The notes under the pieces: model-generated | Told to the model about the DNA's origin: nothing | Databases searched by the model: none | The model's input: only the letters and a program-made list of their open reading frames with translations | NCBI GenBank assembly: GCA_016840095.1 | Contig: JAEOSZ010000066.1 | Coordinates: forward strand, 1 to 64,000 | From: Candidatus Heimdallarchaeota archaeon | GTDB taxonomy: Archaea > Asgardarchaeota > Heimdallarchaeia > Heimdallarchaeales > Heimdallarchaeaceae | Direction: 5' to 3' | Length of the DNA: 64,000 nucleotides | In this document: positions 17,046 through 26,359 of the stretch, piece by piece | Position numbering within the stretch: the first letter of the stretch is position 1 | Layout: each line of letters opens with the position of its first letter | Translations under genes and position numbers: made by a program

Positions 17046-19289
17046 TTATTTTATTTGTGTTGATCTTCCTCTAGCAAAGTCAGCAATAACGATATAAGAA
17101 ACAATTTTAGCAAACTCTGTTGAGCTACTTAAGATACCTACTACTTGATTTGTTGCTTCGTCTACAGCTCCTATAAGAACTTCCTCATTTTCTCTTTCTA
17201 CACCGATAAACTTCGGTAATTCTACTCCAGTACCCATATCTCTAAATTTTCTGACTTCAACATTTGCTTCTGATGCATATGCATCATTTATCCAATCTCG
17301 ATTTATCTGTTCATCAAGTTGAGTTACTATGGTTACTCTAACTGTTGAAGGCAATGTTTTTACTGCTTCAAGTGGTATATAGTTCGGATTAGGGGACATA
17401 ATGGTTACACTTCGTTTTGCATCTCTAATTATGCGATCCATGTGATCTTTTGTAGCTTCTAATCCTGTAATTGATGTAGTTTCTACTTTTGGTACGGGGC
17501 TTTCTCTGGTTGTTGCTTCTAATGTTCTGAAATCATTTTTCAACTTCATGGCAACTGTTAATAGATGATTTGCTGTATCAGAAAACTTACCTTCAGTCTC
17601 TGCTAAAAATCTAGTAGCTGCATCCACTTCAGTAGTGAGATTTCCGGCTAGTTGATTTTTACTTTCAACTATTTGAGCTTTTGAAGTGCTGACTATGTCA
17701 TTTGCTATGTTGCGTGTCGATTCTAATGATTTATCTAGATGATTTGACAGTTCTGAGGAAATTGTAGAAATTGAAGAGTTGATCAAATTTACTGCTTCTT
17801 GGTACTTAGAATTTATCTCTGCTTCACTTGCTTGAGAGAGTGTTTGCATTTGGTTATTTAGTTCAGACCACTTTTCCTTCAAGCTACCTGTTTGGGTTTC
17901 TAATGTTTGGTTAAAATTCTCATTCAACTGAGATATTAGACCTTTATATGATTGAATATGGTCGTTTAAGCTTTCTACTATACTTGCAGCTATATTGCCA
18001 AATTGACTTGAAAAATTTTCTTCAAAGTTAGCTAATCTTGCTCTTGCAGTCTCTTGAATTTCTTGAACCTTGCTATTATAACTTTGTAATGTTTCATTAT
18101 ATTGTACATCAAGTTTCTGAGCAAACATATCCTTTTCACTTGAGAGATTATTTCGATGTGTTTGTTCGCTATTCTGGAGATCAGCATACTTGAGATTCAT
18201 ATCCTCTTTTATCTGTGACATAGCATTTGACATAGTAACATTCTTTTGTTGAATAAGTTCATCAGATAATGTCTGCTTAATCTCAGTAACCTTTTCATTC
18301 AAAGCACTTACAGCTTCTTGAACTTGAAGAGATAATTCTTCCACTTTTCTGTTTAAAAGCATTTCAAGAGAAGTATTTAACTCGTTTAAAGAACCAGAAA
18401 CTGTTTCGGATATTCTATCTATTGTTTCTCCTGTGGCTCTAACGGTTTCAGTTGAGAAGTTAATATTCTTGTCAGCTTGACTTTTAGTAAATGCTCTTAC
18501 ATCGATTTTAGTTAAATCAATCTTCTCTTCCAGTAGTTGAGGTACTTCCCCAAGGTGAGAGGAATAATTTTCTCCTAACAATTCTAATTTAGGTTTAAGA
18601 GTTTGTGAAATTTCTTCGATTGCAGATAATTTTTCAGTTACATTCTGATTTACTTGGTTACTCAATGTTGAAGCAGTTTCAGAATTCTTCTTAGATAGAT
18701 TTTCTACAGTTAAATCAATAGATGACTGAGCATTAGATATACTATCTGTGTTATTCTGAAGTGATTCTTGCAGGAAATTTGTCAAACTTTGTTTTTGTTC
18801 TCTTTGAAGGTTAGAAACTTTACTTTTAATATCAGCAGTTTTTGATGTCAGATATTCCTTCTTCTGACTAACTGAAGTTTCCAATTCTGATGATGAGCTA
18901 GCTAATTTTTGATCTAGCTCAGTTTCTTTTCTCGAAACTGATTCTTCTAACTGTGTTACTAGATTTGCTCTTAGCTCATTGAACTCAGTTTTCTTGCTTT
19001 CCATGAATGATGATGTATTTTCAAGATTATTTTTTACATTTGTACTTATTTGATCACTACCTTCAGCAAGATATTCTAATGGTATTCTAACAAAGAATTT
19101 CTCCAAATAGCCTTCAGATATGCCCACAGCTCCCTTCTTCTGCAAAGCATTAAGAGCTACCTTTACCTTCGAAAAATGAAGATCTCCAAATTGTGCAATT
19201 TCAAAGGCTGTTAATTGTCCCGAACCTAATAATAGAGAATAGACTTGTTTTTCTTCTGGTGTTAGTTCTAATCTTTCTATAAAAGACAT
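17046..19289 (-). CDS. TrmB-type wHTH protein with long helical/coiled-coil insert and C-terminal TrmB/PLD-like domain
   Basis: LTPEEKQVYSLLL..GQLTAFEIA..KVALNALQKKG; ~530 aa S/Q/E/N/L-rich heptad region; GLEATKDHM..IIRDAKRSVTIMSP. Confidence 0.75.
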   Translation of the reverse strand: MSFIERLELTPEEKQVYSLLLGSGQLTAFEIAQFGDLHFSKVKVALNALQKKGAVGISEGYLEKFFVRIPLEYLAEGSDQISTNVKNNLENTSSFMESKKTEFNELRANLVTQLEESVSRKETELDQKLASSSSELETSVSQKKEYLTSKTADIKSKVSNLQREQKQSLTNFLQESLQNNTDSISNAQSSIDLTVENLSKKNSETASTLSNQVNQNVTEKLSAIEEISQTLKPKLELLGENYSSHLGEVPQLLEEKIDLTKIDVRAFTKSQADKNINFSTETVRATGETIDRISETVSGSLNELNTSLEMLLNRKVEELSLQVQEAVSALNEKVTEIKQTLSDELIQQKNVTMSNAMSQIKEDMNLKYADLQNSEQTHRNNLSSEKDMFAQKLDVQYNETLQSYNSKVQEIQETARARLANFEENFSSQFGNIAASIVESLNDHIQSYKGLISQLNENFNQTLETQTGSLKEKWSELNNQMQTLSQASEAEINSKYQEAVNLINSSISTISSELSNHLDKSLESTRNIANDIVSTSKAQIVESKNQLAGNLTTEVDAATRFLAETEGKFSDTANHLLTVAMKLKNDFRTLEATTRESPVPKVETTSITGLEATKDHMDRIIRDAKRSVTIMSPNPNYIPLEAVKTLPSTVRVTIVTQLDEQINRDWINDAYASEANVEVRKFRDMGTGVELPKFIGVERENEEVLIGAVDEATNQVVGILSSSTEFAKIVSYIVIADFARGRSTQIK

Positions 19290-19423
19290 TTTTGTAAACC
19301 TCTTATTTTCAAAGTTTAATCTCTTGAAGTAAATTAATAAGGTTTCTTAAAAGGCACATGCCATTGGCATCATTGAGAATCTTTTTTAACGAGCGACATA
19401 CTATTTGCAACTGTGGTAAACTG

Positions 19424-20032
19424 ATGGTCGAATATGAAATTGTTTCTTGGGATCAAAGTTATCAGATGACCTTCTATTTGTTCGAAAAAATGGCTGAAGA
19501 TAATTATTCCCCAGATATTATAGTTGGAATTGCAAGAGGGGGATGGATTCCAGCCAGATTACTAGCAGATTTTTATGGAAACAAAAGAACTGCTAACATA
19601 AAAATTGAATTCTATAATAATACTTCAAGAGCTTCAGATAATCCAATTATTACCCAAGAAATTTCAGAGAAGGTTGAAAATAAAGCAGTTCTAATTGTTG
19701 ATGATGTTGCAGACTCAGGCAAAAGTTTGATAGCAGCTGTTGAACACATTGAAGAGATGGGGGCTAAGGAAATTAGAACTGCTACTCTATATTACAAAAA
19801 ACATAGTATTATCAAACCTGAATACTACATAAATGAAACAGAAGCTTGGATAGTTTATCCTTGGGAATATGGAGAGTTTGCAGCTTTTCAATATGAGGAG
19901 TTAAAAGGTAAAATGCCTATAAAAGAAATTAGAAGAAAACTGAAAGACATTGGAATCCCACCACCATTAGTAGATACATATTTTACACTAATCAAAGATA
20001 AACTAAGTGACGAGGAGACAAATAATGAGTGA
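19424..20032 (+). CDS. Purine phosphoribosyltransferase (type I PRT)
   Basis: IARGG, VLIVDDVADSGKS, WIVYPWE. ATG 19424 preferred over 19358. Confidence 0.9.
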   Translation: MVEYEIVSWDQSYQMTFYLFEKMAEDNYSPDIIVGIARGGWIPARLLADFYGNKRTANIKIEFYNNTSRASDNPIITQEISEKVENKAVLIVDDVADSGKSLIAAVEHIEEMGAKEIRTATLYYKKHSIIKPEYYINETEAWIVYPWEYGEFAAFQYEELKGKMPIKEIRRKLKDIGIPPPLVDTYFTLIKDKLSDEETNNE

Positions 20033-20339
20033 AGAAAATAACGAAGATGTGGAATTACCCACTGATGTAATCGACAGAGTAAATGTTGGAGTTGTCGCAG
20101 TCTCTTTAAGCTTGTATGAAGAAGGTATGAACTTGGAAGAATTGATTGAAGTAACAGGGATAAGAACAGATGATGTAATGAAAAGTTTAGAGTTTCTAAT
20201 CAACCACAGAATGGTTAGACAAAAAATGAATTCAGAGTTCTATTTTGTTTCAAATTTCAAGAAAATGCTTCAGTTTCTTCTGTCTTCAGGCTTAATGTTC
20301 CCAATTGGTGATCAAATATCAAAAACTAAAGAAGAATAA
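20025..20339 (+). CDS. Small winged-helix-like protein
   Basis: GMNLEELIEVTGI..DDVMKSLEFL pattern; start overlaps PRT stop. Confidence 0.6.
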   Translation: MSEENNEDVELPTDVIDRVNVGVVAVSLSLYEEGMNLEELIEVTGIRTDDVMKSLEFLINHRMVRQKMNSEFYFVSNFKKMLQFLLSSGLMFPIGDQISKTKEE

Positions 20340-20347
20340 ACAGCGTT

Positions 20348-21952
20348 CTACTTTCCAAGAAATGTTTCCAGTGAAGTTTGAGATCCGTTTTTGTCTTTTT
20401 TACCAGTTGGTTTTTTCTCTACTGCTTTTTCTGCTTTAGAATCATCTTTTGGTTTAGGTTTTGTTTCCTCTTTCTCTTTTGTTGTTTTTTCTTCTATCGG
20501 ACTAGTTTTTTCAGGTTCATCTTTGTTTTCCTTTACAGACTCTTCAGTTTCGGGTTTCTTCTTAGGTTTTTGTGGTGTTTTTTTAGTCTGTTTTTTCTGT
20601 TTTTGTGTATAGAAAATCAAACTCTGATTCATTGTTTTTGCTTTATCTATCCAACTTTCAGCCATTTGTAAATAGGCTTCTTCTGAGTACTCCAGAATTT
20701 TTTTTGTCAATTTGTTTGATTTATCTGTTAGAAAAAGAATATCTGATTCATCATACTGAAACCATGCACTCAAGCCTGCAGCCATCTTTGGATCAGTGTT
20801 AAAAATTATTCTAATGAATGGGAAATAGTCTGTTTGAAAAACCTTTTGTGAACAATGTAAGTGTTTTGTGCTTTTAATTGCAATGTTTTTCAAATTAGCA
20901 TTTTTAGTTCTTAACCTCGCCATCAATGACCAATAACTTGGAAAACCATATTTAGTATATTTGAAAGCAGATGTTTTAACTAATCCAACTGAGGATATGA
21001 AGGTAAAAAAGTATTTGAGGAATTTCCAGTCTTGTTTAATGTAACATTGTTGCAAATACCTATCTGCTTCAGCAATAAGTTGGTAAATACTGAATAATTC
21101 TTCAGATGAATTTGCTTGTTTATACGCATGTTCATAAACATAAGTAAGTAATTCTCGATAATCAACATCAACTCCATCTAAAGCTCTTTTAGCTGAAGTA
21201 AAATCTTTGGCACTAAAAATATTAGTCAATGCAGAATCTAAACTGTGTTTTTGATTTCTTGGATCAAATACTAATTCTATATCTTTTAGACCAAAGGAAA
21301 CGCCCTCTAAATCATTAATAGCTGATCTTGCGTCACCACCACTATTCTTAGTGATAGCAATCAGAGTTGCTTCTTTGACATCCAATTTTTCTTTTTTGAC
21401 AATCTTCTTAAGAAGAGTAAGAATTTCTTCATCCTTGAGACTCTTGAATTCTATTACTAACATATTTTTCTTTGCAGATTTCAAGGATGAAGCACTAGGA
21501 TCATTCGCTGTGCAAATTATGGGGGTTCTTGTAGCTATAACGGCTCTAGCTAAAGCACTTCCACCACCCCTATCTTCATTACCAAAAAGACCATCTGCTT
21601 CATCAACTAAAATTAATTTCTTAACTCTTGCACCTTGAAGAACGGTACCTTCTGTTGAAGCCCTTCCAACCAATAACTCAACTGCTTTTTTATTTCTTTT
21701 ATCACTAGCATTTACTTCTACAAACTCAAAGCCGTATTTCTTTATTAGATAATGGACAACACTAGTTTTTCCTACTCCTGCAGGTCCTGCTAGAAGAGCT
21801 ACTTTTTTCCTCTGTTGGTTCCAGCTTTTTAACCAGTTTTCTAACTTCTGAACTGCCTCTTTGTTACCAACAAAATCTTCCAATTTCTCAGGACGATACT
21901 TTTCAACCCAGGGGATAACTTGGTTACTATCTATACTAGCCATAAAGGTCAT
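20348..21952 (-). CDS. rfcL: Replication factor C large subunit
   Basis: PWVEKYRP, GPAGVGKT, EVNASD, DEAD, GDARSAINDL; K/E-rich tail ending in PIP box QTSLETFL. Confidence 0.95.
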   Translation of the reverse strand: MTFMASIDSNQVIPWVEKYRPEKLEDFVGNKEAVQKLENWLKSWNQQRKKVALLAGPAGVGKTSVVHYLIKKYGFEFVEVNASDKRNKKAVELLVGRASTEGTVLQGARVKKLILVDEADGLFGNEDRGGGSALARAVIATRTPIICTANDPSASSLKSAKKNMLVIEFKSLKDEEILTLLKKIVKKEKLDVKEATLIAITKNSGGDARSAINDLEGVSFGLKDIELVFDPRNQKHSLDSALTNIFSAKDFTSAKRALDGVDVDYRELLTYVYEHAYKQANSSEELFSIYQLIAEADRYLQQCYIKQDWKFLKYFFTFISSVGLVKTSAFKYTKYGFPSYWSLMARLRTKNANLKNIAIKSTKHLHCSQKVFQTDYFPFIRIIFNTDPKMAAGLSAWFQYDESDILFLTDKSNKLTKKILEYSEEAYLQMAESWIDKAKTMNQSLIFYTQKQKKQTKKTPQKPKKKPETEESVKENKDEPEKTSPIEEKTTKEKEETKPKPKDDSKAEKAVEKKPTGKKDKNGSQTSLETFLGK

Positions 21953-22012
21953 TTAGAACTAATATGTTTCAATATAAAAAACATGTGGGTATTGGGAGAA
22001 AGAGGTTAGAAA

Positions 22013-22606
22013 TTACTCTTCTGAATCTTCCTTTTTGCCTTTGGATTTTGTAAAGAGCATCTTTCCCAAGATACCACCAGCTACTCCACCAGCAAGTCCA
22101 ATTAATGGTACAAAAATAAATGATCCTAAAACTAAAGTTGCGAAGAAAGTTCCAAAGAAACGACCACCTGATCCAAAGAAAGCGGAAGTCATAATTGCAA
22201 AAATGAAATCTAGAAACAAGAAGGATAACATAGCTGACCAAGCACCTGCTCTTAGCCCTCCTCTGGAAACTAAACCACCAGCAAAAGAACCTACTAACCA
22301 TATAACTAATATCAAAACATAAACTCCTCCATTTCCTAATGTATTATCAAGACCATAGGTTTGCAAAACTGGTATAGGAATAGGAATGTTTATTCTCATA
22401 AATATATTTACAACCAAAAGAGATAGAAGTGTTAACCAAAAATGACCTCCTGCGCCATGGTCTGCAACTAGTGCTGTATTAGCAAGTTCTAGTGCTTCAA
22501 TATCTAATGTAGGGAATAGAAGCAACATTAACAAGACAACAACAATTGTACATGTTACAAAACCAATTAAGGTTTTGTAGATACGCCTTAAGAACATATC
22601 AATCAA
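22013..22606 (-). CDS. Multi-pass membrane protein (Gly-rich helices)
   Basis: About 5 hydrophobic segments with GxxxG motifs. Confidence 0.7.
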   Translation of the reverse strand: MIDMFLRRIYKTLIGFVTCTIVVVLLMLLLFPTLDIEALELANTALVADHGAGGHFWLTLLSLLVVNIFMRINIPIPIPVLQTYGLDNTLGNGGVYVLILVIWLVGSFAGGLVSRGGLRAGAWSAMLSFLFLDFIFAIMTSAFFGSGGRFFGTFFATLVLGSFIFVPLIGLAGGVAGGILGKMLFTKSKGKKEDSEE

Positions 22607-22667
22607 GTTATTTTGGATTCGTTCATATTTAGACCTTTGTATTTATTTGACTGCCTAATATTTACAA

Positions 22668-23423
22668 TCAAAATAATATCGATAGACATGTTAAAGACGC
22701 TTGACACTTTTCAAACTCACTCATATTTAGTGAGATTACTTCAAAACCCGCATCTAGTACTACTTCTTGAGCATACGCGAATTTATCAGACATTATTACT
22801 GTATCAGCTACGGGTAAACAATTTATTGAATAATATTCTTCTTTTGGAATAATTACCAATTTGAGGTTCTCCAACAATGGGTGGTTTTCATAATCAGCAG
22901 TTGTGATAACAGTTTCCTTTCCAAGATATTTTATGTAGCTTTTTAGATGAACTATGTCTGGGTTAGTAATAGATAATACTGGAAAATCCATCCATGATCT
23001 CAATTGTTCTACTCCTTGTTGGTTAGTTCTTTGAGTAATTCCACACACCAATTTATCAGGAAGGTGCACTACATCCCCACCTTCAATAGTACCAGGTGCT
23101 TTAGCTCTCCTTACAGAAAAATACTCTTGTAATAGTTCTTCAACATCTCCATCTTCTCCTCTTCGACTTTCAAGAGCCATTCTAGTAACTAGAGCTTTTG
23201 TTCCATGAACAACTGCGTTATCTTCTACAAAGCATGAATCTGGAAGATGATCTTTTGGTGCTAATCTAAGAAGTTCTAATCCCAATTCCTCAAGTGATTT
23301 ACAATACTTCTTATGCTGTTCTTTAGCTATAGAGAAATTCACTGTGTGTCCTAATGGATGAGAAGTGATACACTTAGTATAACTTTGACCTGGTTCTCTA
23401 ACTATTGCTTTTTTAGCCATCAT
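22668..23423 (-). CDS. Dimethylargininase / amidinotransferase family protein
   Basis: PDSCFVED, SRRGE, IEGGDV, RTN, HLKS, SEFEK..ASLTCLS. Confidence 0.9.
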   Translation of the reverse strand: MMAKKAIVREPGQSYTKCITSHPLGHTVNFSIAKEQHKKYCKSLEELGLELLRLAPKDHLPDSCFVEDNAVVHGTKALVTRMALESRRGEDGDVEELLQEYFSVRRAKAPGTIEGGDVVHLPDKLVCGITQRTNQQGVEQLRSWMDFPVLSITNPDIVHLKSYIKYLGKETVITTADYENHPLLENLKLVIIPKEEYYSINCLPVADTVIMSDKFAYAQEVVLDAGFEVISLNMSEFEKCQASLTCLSILF

Positions 23424-23483
23424 TATGTTTCAAAGAATACTTTGAGGGATGAGTTTAAATATTTCTATTTCGCAGCGATTCAT

Positions 23484-24311
23484 ATGGAATTGATAGGTCA
23501 GACTGTTCAAGCATATAAGGGACTTGGGTGTGAACACATAATCAGTTTAGCTAAAGCTTTAGGGATAGAATCTTGTGAGATAAATCCTCAAGGAGTTAAT
23601 TTAGAAAACAAGGATAGAATAGTTGAAGCTATTGGAAGTATGAAAACTACATTCCATTTACCAGTTGAAGGAATAGAAGGATATGATTTTGCCTATCCTG
23701 AAAAAGAGAAGGAGATTCAAAACATCATCAAATTAATCAATGACCATGGGAAGGAGCTCAATATTATTCTAGGAGTTTTTCATCCAGTTGAAACTCACGG
23801 AAATTTGGAAACCCTATTAAAAAATATTAAACAGCTTAAGATTCCTTTAGTAGTAGAGAATATTCAACTAACTTCAGATGAAGAATTTATTGAAGCTTAT
23901 AATTTGTTTAAAACAGAGTTAGGTGATCAACTTAAAGGATGGTTATTTGATGTAGCCCATTCTTATCTTCGAAATGGTCCAGAAAAATATCTTGATTTGC
24001 TAGATAAAATGCCATTTGAAGAATTAGAGGAAATACATTTATCTGACTGCACTGAAACTGAAGATTCCCATTATTCATTTGGTGCAGGTATTCTTCCTGC
24101 TAAACAAATTCTTCAAGAAATCAAGAAAAGAGGTTTTAACAAAATAATAGTTAATGAAATAGATGCTTATCCAAGCGTATGGAGTGCAATTGATTCCTAC
24201 AAGCAAGTTGCCAAAGTATTCAAAAAACGGTTGTATTTCAAAGTGGCAATTAGAAAGTTGTTTGTTAAACCTATGGTACAAAGGAAACTCAGAAAAGCAA
24301 ACATTACATAA
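23484..24311 (+). CDS. Xylose isomerase/AP endonuclease 2-like TIM-barrel protein
   Basis: TFHLP, VFHP, VEN, FDVAHS, EIHLSD, H..FG.G, VNE metal-binding motifs; ATG 23484. Confidence 0.8.
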   Translation: MELIGQTVQAYKGLGCEHIISLAKALGIESCEINPQGVNLENKDRIVEAIGSMKTTFHLPVEGIEGYDFAYPEKEKEIQNIIKLINDHGKELNIILGVFHPVETHGNLETLLKNIKQLKIPLVVENIQLTSDEEFIEAYNLFKTELGDQLKGWLFDVAHSYLRNGPEKYLDLLDKMPFEELEEIHLSDCTETEDSHYSFGAGILPAKQILQEIKKRGFNKIIVNEIDAYPSVWSAIDSYKQVAKVFKKRLYFKVAIRKLFVKPMVQRKLRKANIT

Positions 24312-24318
24312 AGCTATT

Positions 24319-24603
24319 TTAGGAATTTTTCTTGATAGAATTTATCAATTGAAAGGACAAATCAATCCATTTGAGATAGGAGTTAACTGTAGCTCTCGCT
24401 GAAACAGCATCTTTTGCCTTTATTTTTAGAATTAAAATTGAGTCTATCTTATCAATTTCCACTGTAGACCTTTCATTTGGATCAAAATCAGTTTCCATAA
24501 GTAAATTGGTATAAACTTGGTTGCATACTTCTGTATCTGATATCTCAATTTTAAAATGAATATCTATATCCGAAATGTTGGTTTCTTGAATTTCAATCAC
24601 CAT
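24319..24603 (-). CDS. KEOPS Pcc1-like subunit (exosome-operon paralog)
   Basis: ERSTVEI..LILKIKAKDAVSARATVNSYLKW; conserved position after Brix. Confidence 0.8.
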   Translation of the reverse strand: MVIEIQETNISDIDIHFKIEISDTEVCNQVYTNLLMETDFDPNERSTVEIDKIDSILILKIKAKDAVSARATVNSYLKWIDLSFQLINSIKKNS

Positions 24604-25183
24604 CCAAATTCTCATCCTTGTTATCTAGAACATTTCTTTTTACTATTCTTAATTTAATACGAGGTCCAGTCTGTTTATTGTTTTTATCCAAAAATTCGAT
24701 ATAGATTATACCTTCGTCTTTATCCAAATAATCTGCATAAACAGTAACATATTCTTTATCTCTGAATTTTTCAATAGATTCATTACTTATTCCAAGGAAT
24801 TTTCTAAGAACATCCTCTTCAATAGGATTTTCTAAGGTTGAGATTAAAATTGAAATCGCAGGTTTTCTTCTTCTTCTTTTCTCTTGATAATCCCTAGATA
24901 AAGTTAATCCTCTGATTTTTATTGCATATGATAATTCCTCAATTTCACCAATTAAAGAAAAAAATCTAACAAAATTAGGATTTCCCTTTACAGAATTAAT
25001 TATTACAGCTGTTTCATAACCCTGATTTTTCATGGAATTCAAGCAAAAGAACTCATTTGCTGAACCTCTAGGAATTCTTGAAGAATTTGGAACCACACTA
25101 ACCATATCATGAATAAAGGTTCTTGTTTTGTTTGTAGGAGAGCGTGATGTTGTAAAACCAATTTTACTCATTATGTTCACCAT
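24593..25183 (-). CDS. Brix domain protein (Imp4-like)
   Basis: TTSRSPTNKTRTF, RG, KGNP, C-terminal GPRIKL; exosome operon context. Confidence 0.85.
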   Translation of the reverse strand: MVNIMSKIGFTTSRSPTNKTRTFIHDMVSVVPNSSRIPRGSANEFFCLNSMKNQGYETAVIINSVKGNPNFVRFFSLIGEIEELSYAIKIRGLTLSRDYQEKRRRRKPAISILISTLENPIEEDVLRKFLGISNESIEKFRDKEYVTVYADYLDKDEGIIYIEFLDKNNKQTGPRIKLRIVKRNVLDNKDENLDGD

Positions 25184-25248
25184 TCTTCTGAGTTTTAAAA
25201 TGTAAGTATCTTAAACTAAAAATAAACTAAAAATAGAAATTGAGAGGA

Positions 25249-25530
25249 TTAAAAATCTTCTTTTAATCCTTCTGCTATACGAGTAACTCTTCGAGTTATA
25301 CTTCTTCCAGCACTAGTGTTAGGTTCCCATGCTCCACCTGCTAGTTTTTCACCACATTTAGAACACTCCCATATACCAAGACCAGCTCTTTTTAATGTCT
25401 TCATTTGACATACAGGACACTTATAGACAGCTTTGCTCTTATTTTCGATTTCTCTAACTCGCTTCCTGATAGTACTTCCGTACCTAGCACCATAACGCCC
25501 GGTTGAACCTACTTTTTTTGTTCTTGGCAC
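25249..25530 (-). CDS. rpl37ae: 50S ribosomal protein L37Ae (eL43)
   Basis: TKKVGSTGRYGARYG, CPVC, GIWECSKC, AGGAW. Confidence 0.97.
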   Translation of the reverse strand: MPRTKKVGSTGRYGARYGSTIRKRVREIENKSKAVYKCPVCQMKTLKRAGLGIWECSKCGEKLAGGAWEPNTSAGRSITRRVTRIAEGLKEDF

Positions 25531-25542
25531 TTTTTACACCTC

Positions 25543-26358
25543 TTATTTCTTCGAGAGGGCTTTCATCAGCTCTTTCCTTAAAGTTTTCGATACAAGTAAA
25601 CTTTCTCTAAGTATTTCCTTTACTTCTTTAGGAGTATAAACACCCTGTTTACCCTTTTGCAAAGATACTATACGGTCTTCTTCATCAAAACCGAAAGTTA
25701 TTCTTGCTTCACTTACTCTTTCTTCCTTGAAATTAGCATCAAAGATATTGTACTTTCCAAGTTTGTAAGTTGTCACTGAAACAGGATAATGATGAATTGT
25801 TAGAGGTTCTTTCTCATCTAAAATTTCTACTTTATCATCTTCTCCAATTTTTACTTTTGGTATTTCAGCAGTTGCTAAGGCAGCTATTGCTCCTAAAGTT
25901 GCAGCATCAAAAAGATTACCAGCATCATTTAGTATGTAAAAATCTATGAATAGAATCCATACTGATTTCTCAGGAATTACACACAGTTTTGATAAATCAA
26001 CGCAATGAGACTCTCTTATTGCCCTATCGGTTACTCTTGCAAGTTCTATTGCAGCCTCAGAAGGAGGACCACTTTCAAAGTAAGAGGAAGCTAACGGGGA
26101 AAGCTCTGCACTTGTTGTAATAACACCAGAGTCAGGAGTATCTGGAAAAGGAGTTCCTAACACTGCTTTGACACCAACAATTAGTTTTGTGTCCCCAAGT
26201 GTAACAACTGCTGATCCTTCAGCTTTTCCAACGTAGTTTGTTTCGATATTAATCTCTCTAAGTTGATTAAGTTCTCTATTATCAGATCTCTTATTTTGTT
26301 CCAATTGGAATAAAATATGATCTTTCTCTATTTCGCTAATAACATAATTGTCTCCCAT
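25543..26358 (-). CDS. rrp42: Exosome complex component Rrp42
   Basis: KAEGSA.V.LGDT, PFPDTPDSG, ELARVTDRAIRES, GNLFDA. Confidence 0.95.
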   Translation of the reverse strand: MGDNYVISEIEKDHILFQLEQNKRSDNRELNQLREINIETNYVGKAEGSAVVTLGDTKLIVGVKAVLGTPFPDTPDSGVITTSAELSPLASSYFESGPPSEAAIELARVTDRAIRESHCVDLSKLCVIPEKSVWILFIDFYILNDAGNLFDAATLGAIAALATAEIPKVKIGEDDKVEILDEKEPLTIHHYPVSVTTYKLGKYNIFDANFKEERVSEARITFGFDEEDRIVSLQKGKQGVYTPKEVKEILRESLLVSKTLRKELMKALSKK

Positions 26359-26359
26359 T

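Noticed and set aside
17046-19289. SMC/Rad50 or chemoreceptor
   Set aside because: No Walker A/B, hinge, zinc hook or MCP signalling hairpin.
20378-20671. Phe/Ser-rich antisense ORFs (also 26348-26786, 32897-33208 and other shadow ORFs)
   Set aside because: Antisense or alternate-frame shadows of well-supported genes with low-complexity tails.
25184-25248. RpoP gene between eL43 and Brix
   Set aside because: Only 65 bp; too short for the ORF.
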